DNA from: a virus
Taxonomy: Duplodnaviria > Caudoviricetes
Reading direction: 5' to 3' (one strand)
Length of the DNA stretch: 25,212 nt
IMG/VR virus record: IMGVR_UViG_3300020043_002997
Location: 1 to 25,212 of that record
This document shows positions 7,863-15,124 of the stretch, one piece after another. The notes under the pieces are model-generated. The model did no database searches and was not told where the DNA came from. It worked only from the letters and a program-made list of their open reading frames with translations. The position numbers were made by a program, and so were the translations under genes. Every line of letters starts with the position of its first letter. The first letter of the stretch is position 1.

Positions 7863-9646
7863 TATGCGTTCAAAATAGTGTCAACAGATAATCCTTGTTG
7901 TGCTTGTGGAGTCATCTCTTTAGCCTTAGCCTCAATCAGAGCTTTCTGCTCCAACATAGGTAAGTCTAAGAATCCCTCATTCTCTTCTACCAAGCCTTTA
8001 ATAATGGCTTCGATTTCAAAGTGCATAACAGCCTTCCACTTCTCGGCAATGCCTGAAGCAACTAAAGAAAGCACATCCTTCGGATCTAAGTTGAAGTAAG
8101 GGTCAACTTGAACCGATAGCTTCATAATAGCACTCTTAACCTCTTGAATAGGGAAGCGAGTCTCTAAGTATTGCTGGGCAAGCATAGCACGGGAGAAGTT
8201 AGGAGCTTGTTTAATCTCCTCTGTCAACTCTGCATCTGTACGCATCTCAAAGTTCTGCGGATAGCGTACTGCTGGCATCTGCCACTCAGCGCCATAACGC
8301 ATAGAGCCAATCGTATCGATAGCAAACTCGAAGTCATCGAATACAGTATTAGCAAAGCGAAGCAAGAAAGAATATAATTCTTCTCTATCGATAGCCTTAC
8401 CGGTAGCTGTTTCTCTGCCCGAAATCTTCTCGTTGTTCATTACATCAATACTCAAAAGCTCGAAAGCCATTTGGATATTCGTAATAACCTGCTTATTCAA
8501 GAACTCAAGAATCTCGTGCTTCACATCGATGAAGCCAGCAGGAGGAATGTTTATCTTGGTCTCTGTCTCGCTGGTAAAGCGGTTAGGTGCTTGAACTTGG
8601 TAAACGCTCATCGGACCAAACATACGCTTAGTGCCTGAGCCACCGCAGCTGCTACAAGCAATAGCTACCTTCTCTTCGAAGCCGATAGCCTCTTCAGTCT
8701 CTCCCGTTCCGTTACAAGTTTCGCACTCATCAACGTATTCCCACTTCTGCAAGAAGGCATGGCTGAACTTAGACATCTGTAAGGTAGAGAAGTCACTTAC
8801 CGCTTGGTCAAGGGCAGGTACTGCTGGAGTATAGAATGACTGGAAGTAGTAGTCTCCTGACTCTTGTACGGATATGCCACCAAGTCTGCGACAAGGTAAG
8901 TATCCTAAGTTATGGCGGTAGTACAGCTCAATCTCGAACTGGAAGTCGGATTTTTTCCCGACTTGCTTCGCTATTTGTATCTCGTTCTTGTCGAAGATGT
9001 AGAACACTAAGCCCTCTTCCTCTTCCTTGCCGTTATTACCGGTCTTTACATAGCTTTTCTGCTCTGCCTTAATGATTGCATACTCTTCATCCTTCCATGC
9101 CCATACACGCTTGCTCTTAAAGCAGTACGCTACTGGAGTAACCTCTACGGAGTCATTAAACTCACCGCTCTCGAAGTACTCAAGGTTAATAGGCATAATA
9201 GCAACAACCGCATTCGGGTCGGTAAGCGTTTCAAAGCTTACAATCTGCTGGAAGTAGTTCTCTAAGCTGCCAAAGCGAGGGTATTGCTCGGTGAAGTAAC
9301 GCTCTTGGTTTTGATTGTCAAATCGAACCTCGAAGTTCTGTCTGTTCCAAACACGACCTGCAATGTTTACAGCCTTGTGAAAGTAAGGGACAGTAATCGG
9401 GCGGTAGATAGCCTTACGGTAGTTAAACTCGTGAGGTAGTTCGTTGGGTGCTTTCTCTCGAAATAACTTTTCGGGGAATGCGTCATAGTCCGAATGGATA
9501 CGCAGACGCTCTGCCATCTCTACGCACTCTTTATAAGTAGGATAGAAGTCAGGAACGTAATACTTGTTCGACCTCTTCTTCTGCTCATAAATGGCATACT
9601 CCTTGGCAATCTTTGAAAGCAGTTCTTCTGCTAATTCAAGGATCAT
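7862..9646 (-). CDS. Portal protein with DnaJ-type zinc-finger insert
   Basis: 594 aa, upstream of the minor head gene. It has a HNLGYLP motif, an SGRETATGKAIDRE segment and PQNFEMRT, plus CETCNGTG and CSSCGGSG. Confidence 0.8.
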   Translation of the reverse strand: MILELAEELLSKIAKEYAIYEQKKRSNKYYVPDFYPTYKECVEMAERLRIHSDYDAFPEKLFREKAPNELPHEFNYRKAIYRPITVPYFHKAVNIAGRVWNRQNFEVRFDNQNQERYFTEQYPRFGSLENYFQQIVSFETLTDPNAVVAIMPINLEYFESGEFNDSVEVTPVAYCFKSKRVWAWKDEEYAIIKAEQKSYVKTGNNGKEEEEGLVFYIFDKNEIQIAKQVGKKSDFQFEIELYYRHNLGYLPCRRLGGISVQESGDYYFQSFYTPAVPALDQAVSDFSTLQMSKFSHAFLQKWEYVDECETCNGTGETEEAIGFEEKVAIACSSCGGSGTKRMFGPMSVYQVQAPNRFTSETETKINIPPAGFIDVKHEILEFLNKQVITNIQMAFELLSIDVMNNEKISGRETATGKAIDREELYSFLLRFANTVFDDFEFAIDTIGSMRYGAEWQMPAVRYPQNFEMRTDAELTEEIKQAPNFSRAMLAQQYLETRFPIQEVKSAIMKLSVQVDPYFNLDPKDVLSLVASGIAEKWKAVMHFEIEAIIKGLVEENEGFLDLPMLEQKALIEAKAKEMTPQAQQGLSVDTILNA

Positions 9647-9678
9647 CGTTTGCCTCCTCTTGTTCTACACTTACACAT
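9643..9678 (-). CDS. Candidate 11-aa micro-ORF MCKCRTRGGKR
   Basis: It starts inside the 3' end of the FkbM gene, and its TGA overlaps the portal ATG (ATGA), spanning the whole gap. Confidence 0.4.
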   Translation of the reverse strand: MCKCRTRGGKR

Positions 9679-10282
9679 AGCGTTTATTCTTTAAAAGGAC
9701 ATCCCAATCCCACTTCTTTACAATCTCCCAATCCTCCCCCAAAATTAACATAATTTCATCTAAGGATTTTTGACCTTTAAAATCTTCTTTGTTAGAATAT
9801 TCCGTATAAATCCATGCAGTCTTTTGAATGGCTTCTAAGGAAGCTTCTATAATCATAGCCTCTGCACCTTGGGTATCCATCCATAAGAAGTCAATCTTAT
9901 CAATTCCCTTCGCATCGCAGTAGCCACTAAGGGTAGTGCATTTGATTTGAACCTTGTGCTGGAAGTTAATATCGGGATGCTCTACTAAGTGGTTGCTAGG
10001 CTGGAGTAGGCTGGAAGAACAAGTCCATTGTGCGCCAGGTCTTTCGCTTAACCAAAAGTCTGTCATACCCTCCTTATCGGAGATGGCTTTGTAGTTTACC
10101 ACTACATTGCTAGGCATTCTCGTAAGCTGATTGCGAGGGTCGCACTCAAATGCGTGTACAACGCTATTAGAGACCCCTGCAAGCACTATCGTGTCCTCTC
10201 CCTTATGTGCGCCTATCTCTACAATTATAGGGGATTCTACGCCCTTTAAAACTCTTCGGATAATCGAATGTATTTCTTTCAT
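9671..10282 (-). CDS. FkbM-family SAM-dependent methyltransferase
   Basis: Motifs IVEIGAHKG, VHAFECDP, SSSLL, IDFLWMDTQGAE and IYTE. Confidence 0.9.
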   Translation of the reverse strand: MKEIHSIIRRVLKGVESPIIVEIGAHKGEDTIVLAGVSNSVVHAFECDPRNQLTRMPSNVVVNYKAISDKEGMTDFWLSERPGAQWTCSSSLLQPSNHLVEHPDINFQHKVQIKCTTLSGYCDAKGIDKIDFLWMDTQGAEAMIIEASLEAIQKTAWIYTEYSNKEDFKGQKSLDEIMLILGEDWEIVKKWDWDVLLKNKRYV

Positions 10283-10581
10283 ATAATCAAATCTTTAAAA
10301 TCCTCTACCTTGCCCTTTATAATAAAAGACATATCCTGCACTCTAATCATAAAGGTAGGTGTTCCATCGGCACAATCGTGCATTGTAATGGCAAAATCAA
10401 TAACATCAATAGCAAATAGAGCTGGTTTCCAGTTGTAATTGGTAGACTCCATAGGAGGAGATATACCTAAAGCATCGTAATCTATCTGCACACCCTCTTC
10501 AGGGCGATTATGGGCGCACTCACAAATAAGGAAGCCCTCACTTACAACTGGCTTGTTGTACACTAGCTTTGATTCTTTCAT
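10279..10581 (-). CDS. Hypothetical protein
   Basis: 100-aa ORF overlapping both neighbours, with an ATGA overlap onto the FkbM start. Confidence 0.65.
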   Translation of the reverse strand: MKESKLVYNKPVVSEGFLICECAHNRPEEGVQIDYDALGISPPMESTNYNWKPALFAIDVIDFAITMHDCADGTPTFMIRVQDMSFIIKGKVEDFKDLII

Positions 10582-11431
10582 AGATGCTGTATTTTTTTAA
10601 GAACTTTTGCTTGAATTTATTTACCTCTAAGACTTGCTTATCGTAGTCTACACTCGATATGATTTCGTTTATTTCGTTTAGAGCGTGTCTCGGAGACTCG
10701 TAAGACTTCAGCTCTATCGCAAAAGGCATATGCTTCTTTATATTCCTTGCCCCAACATAAATAGGAATGCAAGAACACATCACAGCATCTATAATCTTGT
10801 CAGATATGTAGTCATCCCAAATGCCATTCTCCATACATATAGAGAACTTATAAGGCAGCAAGCCGTAAGACTTATTGCCTAACTCACCCTTTACGCCTCT
10901 GTAATTAAGACCTCTACCGAAGACATCGCAGCTGTTAGTGCCTGCAAGCATCCTGGCTATATTGTGCCTATGCTCGTAGAAGCCACCACGGATACCCGAA
11001 GTAATCATAGAAAGCGTCTTGGTCTTTTCGATAGGCTGGAGGTATTCTTCGACATCTCCGTCCATGTGGTAGAACATCCCAGCAGGGAATCCTACTAAGT
11101 TGCCCTCTATGCCGTAAGCCTCAGGCTCTGTGCAAGTGTAAACAACATCGCAGTAGCTGCCAATGTTTCTATCAAAGAAGTTATGATCAGGTGGCTCTTG
11201 TATAAACCCTATCACATTGCTCTTGGGGACCTTTATATCAAAGTCCTTCTTGTCATTGAATATCACAAGCCACTCGTAAGAATCATCGTTAACAAAGTGT
11301 AGGTTGTCCTTAAACTGCTTGGTGCTTACATATTGGTCAATAATCCTATCATGAATAGCAAAGCTATCGCACCAATTTGTTATGACTCTTATTTTTGTAG
11401 GCTTTTCCAAAATTATCGGTAGTTTAATCAT
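10538..11431 (-). CDS. GT10-like (alpha-1,3-fucosyltransferase-like) glycosyltransferase
   Basis: YKFSICMENGIWDDYISDKIIDA...IPIYVG matches the GT10 motif YKFxxxxEN...DYxTEK...PxYxG. It also has QEPP and DVFGRG. Confidence 0.8.
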   Translation of the reverse strand: MIKLPIILEKPTKIRVITNWCDSFAIHDRIIDQYVSTKQFKDNLHFVNDDSYEWLVIFNDKKDFDIKVPKSNVIGFIQEPPDHNFFDRNIGSYCDVVYTCTEPEAYGIEGNLVGFPAGMFYHMDGDVEEYLQPIEKTKTLSMITSGIRGGFYEHRHNIARMLAGTNSCDVFGRGLNYRGVKGELGNKSYGLLPYKFSICMENGIWDDYISDKIIDAVMCSCIPIYVGARNIKKHMPFAIELKSYESPRHALNEINEIISSVDYDKQVLEVNKFKQKFLKKYSIYERIKASVQQASCK

Positions 11432-12066
11432 GCAATCGAGCTAACAAATCTGCGCTTTGCTTTTGCTTGATTCTCTCGGTTGCTGGTAGCAAGGTCTTTG
11501 CCTCTATAAAATTCTATTCGTTCTTCATCACTATGCTTAATTGTCGTAAGCCCGAAGGAGAACTTGCGCCTATCAATGCTGAACTTTTGATCTAACCGAT
11601 AGTAGAAGTCAATGTCATCCCATCCCCAGCCATCGACCACTTCGTTGTAGCCTCTAATCGCAAAGAAGTCTCTCTTCCAAACAAAACAACAGCCAGTGCC
11701 ATCTCCATACTCCCAGCCAGTAACGTAGCTTCCATCTACAAGCACTTTAGAGACATGGTAGTGCAAGAACTTTGGCTCAAGGAGTGCATCTGCATCTAAG
11801 AAGAAAAGGATGTCTCCAGCGGCTTCTAATGCCCCGATGTTTCTTGCCCGGCTAAGGTTAAAGTAATCTCCGCAGTCGGTAGCCTTTACAGCCTTAACCT
11901 TCGGGTTGTTCAAAGAGGTAACGTAGTCGTAGCTATTGTCAGGGTCGGCATAATCTACCACGATAATCTCGTAGGTAGTCTTGCCAATCTGCTCAAGCCA
12001 TGTCGGAAGAGCTTCCTTCAAATGATGCAGTCTTCCTTTGCAAGTGGTTATAATGCTTACTTTCAT
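11428..12066 (-). CDS. GT-A fold glycosyltransferase (GT2 N-terminus, GT7C-like C-terminus)
   Basis: Motifs VSIITTCKGR, EIIVVD, SRARNIG, FLDAD and IRGYNE...GWGWDDIDF..RL. I moved the start to the ATG at 12066, which overlaps the upstream stop as ATGA. Confidence 0.85.
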   Translation of the reverse strand: MKVSIITTCKGRLHHLKEALPTWLEQIGKTTYEIIVVDYADPDNSYDYVTSLNNPKVKAVKATDCGDYFNLSRARNIGALEAAGDILFFLDADALLEPKFLHYHVSKVLVDGSYVTGWEYGDGTGCCFVWKRDFFAIRGYNEVVDGWGWDDIDFYYRLDQKFSIDRRKFSFGLTTIKHSDEERIEFYRGKDLATSNRENQAKAKRRFVSSIA

Positions 12067-12986
12067 CGTGCAACAAGTACTTTTTGCTTTGCAGCGTGTT
12101 TGTCTTTTGCTAAGTAGTGCCACTTGTATTTGTGTAGCAGTCCTAATTCAGAATGGTATTTACGGATGAGCCTATCGGAGTACTCCCAGGCGGAAGTATG
12201 CGTAAAGCCTATGCCTCCATATAAACCTAAGAAGTAATACTTTTCGTGCATACCAGCAATGTCCCTTAGAGGCTCTAAGTACTGAAACATAACTGGGTTA
12301 ACGCCTGCAAACGGATCTAACTCAAACTGAGCGCAAGCTATGTTGTAAGCAAGCTCATCGGGGTAAGTGCCTCCCCATGGCATAGCAAGCCTATCAATAG
12401 GAATGCCGTTATCGATATTGTCTCTTACCTTTTGGTAGAACTTGGTAAGCTTCGCTCCTTTTTTAAGATACATGAACGAGCTATTAATAGCCGTAACCTC
12501 AGCATCTTCTTTAAGCTTATGAAACTCCCAAATAGTCTCTAAGGTTGCCCACTGCATCTCAGGGAAGTTATTCCCATCTCTCTTTAGGTTGCCCTTCGGA
12601 GTCTTTCCATCAGGAGTCATCCACGCAGCAGTCTGCGAGTAGAAGTAGCCGTTAAGAGTCTTTAGGTGGTCTAGCAAAGGAGTAAGAGGCTTCAGACAAA
12701 CAGCATCTACATCTAAGTAAATGTTGTTGTCATAGATTAGGTATTTGTCTATGCGAGTCTTTGCCTTACCGGGAGAGAACTTGCCATCAACGTACAAGTC
12801 ATCTTTCTCTACCTGGGTAAAGTCGTTAAACACCCACTTATCGTCATCTACGATACCCCAGTTTCCATCGTGTACAAGTTGAATTGGAATGTCCCTATCG
12901 AAGCAACGGATGGACAAGGCAAGGTTATATGCCATTTGATAGTAGGATGGCTTACCGAAAGCCATCATTATAATTCCCGTAGTCAT
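12063..12986 (-). CDS. GT-A fold glycosyltransferase (GT8-like)
   Basis: Motifs LALSIR, K...YDNNIYLDVD (DxD), INSSFMY and PDELA. I moved the start to the ATG at 12986, because the TTG start in the ORF track lies inside the promoter element. Confidence 0.7.
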   Translation of the reverse strand: MTTGIIMMAFGKPSYYQMAYNLALSIRCFDRDIPIQLVHDGNWGIVDDDKWVFNDFTQVEKDDLYVDGKFSPGKAKTRIDKYLIYDNNIYLDVDAVCLKPLTPLLDHLKTLNGYFYSQTAAWMTPDGKTPKGNLKRDGNNFPEMQWATLETIWEFHKLKEDAEVTAINSSFMYLKKGAKLTKFYQKVRDNIDNGIPIDRLAMPWGGTYPDELAYNIACAQFELDPFAGVNPVMFQYLEPLRDIAGMHEKYYFLGLYGGIGFTHTSAWEYSDRLIRKYHSELGLLHKYKWHYLAKDKHAAKQKVLVAR

Positions 12987-12989
12987 GCC

Positions 12990-13022
12990 CAAATTTAGGC
13001 AATTAATTGCTAATCAACCAAA
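12990..13022 (-). promoter_or_regulatory. Promoter of the glycosyltransferase-portal operon
   Basis: TAAATTTG at 12990..12997, 3 nt upstream of the ATG, with TTG at spacers of 17 and 21 nt. Confidence 0.65.
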
Positions 13023-13053
13023 AATAAAAAAACCCCACCATATAGGTAGGGTC
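13021..13053 (-). terminator. Intrinsic terminator after the tail tube gene
   Basis: ACCCTACC-TATAT-GGTGGGGT followed by TTTTTTATTTT. Confidence 0.8.
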
Positions 13054-13076
13054 TAAGTAGTTGTCAGCAGCGACAA

Positions 13077-13625
13077 TTACGGGAGGTCAAAGATACCAGC
13101 AGGTGCAGTGTATTTCTGTGGCAACTCGTTCGGGCCAATAGAGGCACGAGCTGTACAGTTAAACATCTGAAGTTCTTTGTTGTTTGCAGGGACCATCACT
13201 GGGTTACATACAAAGTTCACTTTGTTGTTCACAACCAACACCTCGTCACTTCCGCAAAGGAATAATACCAATTCGGTTGTGCGTGTGTTAAGCTGAGAGT
13301 AAAAGCTTACGTTTGCGCTGTTAGTGTTAGCATCCTGCCAAGTAGCGGTGAAGTTAAATCCGTTAAGGATTGTATCAGGACCGCAGCCAACTGGATTATC
13401 TCCTTCTACGGGAGAGGCATCAGGTACTGTTCCGCGAATGTTTTTGATGATTTTTAAGTCACCGGCAGCGATTGCAGCAGTGTATTGTGAAGCGTTAGAG
13501 TAATCAACAATTGTGTGGTCTGCTTCCAAAATACCAATTGCCGAAATACCCCCACGATCATAAACACCACAAGCTAAAAGCTGGTGATTCGGCAAAGTAC
13601 CGCAGCCATATTCAAAATATGCCAT
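13077..13625 (-). CDS. Putative major tail tube protein
   Basis: 182-aa beta-rich protein with its own promoter, structured leader and terminator, as expected for a high-copy virion protein. Confidence 0.65.
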   Translation of the reverse strand: MAYFEYGCGTLPNHQLLACGVYDRGGISAIGILEADHTIVDYSNASQYTAAIAAGDLKIIKNIRGTVPDASPVEGDNPVGCGPDTILNGFNFTATWQDANTNSANVSFYSQLNTRTTELVLFLCGSDEVLVVNNKVNFVCNPVMVPANNKELQMFNCTARASIGPNELPQKYTAPAGIFDLP

Positions 13626-13650
13626 GTTTTAAGATTTGGGAATGTTTTGT

Positions 13651-13678
13651 TTGACATTTGGATGGCAAGTCAAGGCCA
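13651..13678 (-). promoter_or_regulatory. Predicted H-type RNA pseudoknot in the tail tube mRNA leader
   Basis: TGGC-C-TTGAC-TT-GCCA-TCCAAAT-GTCAA gives S1 TGGC/GCCA and S2 TTGAC/GTCAA. It ends 25 nt before the ATG. Confidence 0.5.
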
Positions 13679-13693
13679 CAACGCACGACAGGA

Positions 13694-13701
13694 CAAATAT
13701 A
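13694..13701 (-). promoter_or_regulatory. -7 promoter element TATATTTG for the tail tube gene
   Basis: Matches TAnnTTTG and lies just downstream of the stop codon of the preceding gene. Confidence 0.6.
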
Positions 13702-13704
13702 CAA

Positions 13705-15123
13705 TTAAGAACAGAATGTTTTTGAACTTCCTCCAATAAGGTTCTGAGTCTTCTTCTCTACCTCTAAGGTTACCGGTGCAAGCCTGCTTATCCGTATCCA
13801 AGATGGAGAATATGATTCAGAGCGAGTGAAGGAGTTCTGAGCAATGATATTGTAGCTAACATCTGTCAACTCAAAGTTATCATGTCTGCAAGCTAGTCTT
13901 AAAGCATTGTGAACGTACTCAGGAGAGTAGTTTATAATGAAGCTCTTAAACTCTCTGCTCTCAGCGTACACTACTTGCTTTCTGCCAAAGCTGTCTTGGT
14001 ACATTTCCATCTCTCCGTCATACTGCGGATTGCGAATCTCTCCCCATACACGCATGAATTGCTTGAACTCATTTCCAACAGTAGCAGGAGGGTAGTAGAA
14101 ACCAAAGCCCGAAGCACCAGTAGTTGTAGTGGGAGTCTGCCAGTATTCTATTTTAACTGTATGGCAAGGGTCTGTAAGTGGCTTTATACACTTGCTATAA
14201 AAGACCTCGGTGCAACAGCACTCAGAGCCAAACTTAATGTAAGCACACTTTAGTTCAGGAGTAATTTCAATTAGACCTATTTTGCCATTGAATATTCCGT
14301 AATCAACGCCATTAAAAGTGTCAAGGGTTGTTTCTGATTCATAAATCTCGCCAATAACAGCAGAGCTTTCAGAAGTTACAAGTCCTAATGCCTCGAAAGT
14401 GCATGGCACAAACATAGCACGAAGGCTTATTATTCCATCAAAAATAGCTTCTCCGTCAGCCGGTATGTCAATTGTAAATCCATTTGGACCTATAACCATA
14501 TCGAAAGTAACCGAGAATCCAATAGCAGGGTCGTCAGCGCTTTGTATTTCGTAAACATCTCCGTATTCATTGGTTATTAATATAGTCCAGGGGAACTCCA
14601 AGTCTTCGTCAGGCGTAAGGGTAAAGCCGAAGGTATTTACGCATCCCTGAGCAAGGAAGCTGTAAGCAGTAAAGTCTATTATCTGAGGTATCGGTTCGGG
14701 ACCTCCGCCTTGCGTATTGAATCCTATTGCTCCAGCGACATAGCCGCTATCTTCAGGACCTACAATGGTTGTTTCGTCAGTTAGTGCAATTAATCTGTCA
14801 TCATCAAGTATTACACCTAAGTTATCGCAGGGCTGCTGTTCTCCGTCTTTCTCATAAAGAAAAGATATGTTTTCAGAGATATACCTTACCGATCTAGAAA
14901 GCTCGTAGAACTCATCCATAATCACTTCCATACAGGCCTCGGTTCTATCGCTAGGCAAAGCACCATCGGCAACAGCACGAGCCGTGTAGGCTTCATATAT
15001 AGCGTTACTAAACTCGAACAAAAGGGGAGCGCAGTACTCGTGCTTTTCGCATCCGCATTCATCAGTTGGAATCGTTTCGCTCCAACCGAGAGGCTGGTTA
15101 GGGACTATGGTATATACGCTCAT
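13705..15123 (-). CDS. Tail tip / baseplate-type structural protein with RAVADGALP module
   Basis: 472-aa acidic, Cys-containing protein between the tape measure and tail tube genes. Confidence 0.6.
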   Translation of the reverse strand: MSVYTIVPNQPLGWSETIPTDECGCEKHEYCAPLLFEFSNAIYEAYTARAVADGALPSDRTEACMEVIMDEFYELSRSVRYISENISFLYEKDGEQQPCDNLGVILDDDRLIALTDETTIVGPEDSGYVAGAIGFNTQGGGPEPIPQIIDFTAYSFLAQGCVNTFGFTLTPDEDLEFPWTILITNEYGDVYEIQSADDPAIGFSVTFDMVIGPNGFTIDIPADGEAIFDGIISLRAMFVPCTFEALGLVTSESSAVIGEIYESETTLDTFNGVDYGIFNGKIGLIEITPELKCAYIKFGSECCCTEVFYSKCIKPLTDPCHTVKIEYWQTPTTTTGASGFGFYYPPATVGNEFKQFMRVWGEIRNPQYDGEMEMYQDSFGRKQVVYAESREFKSFIINYSPEYVHNALRLACRHDNFELTDVSYNIIAQNSFTRSESYSPSWIRISRLAPVTLEVEKKTQNLIGGSSKTFCS

Positions 15124-15124
15124 A

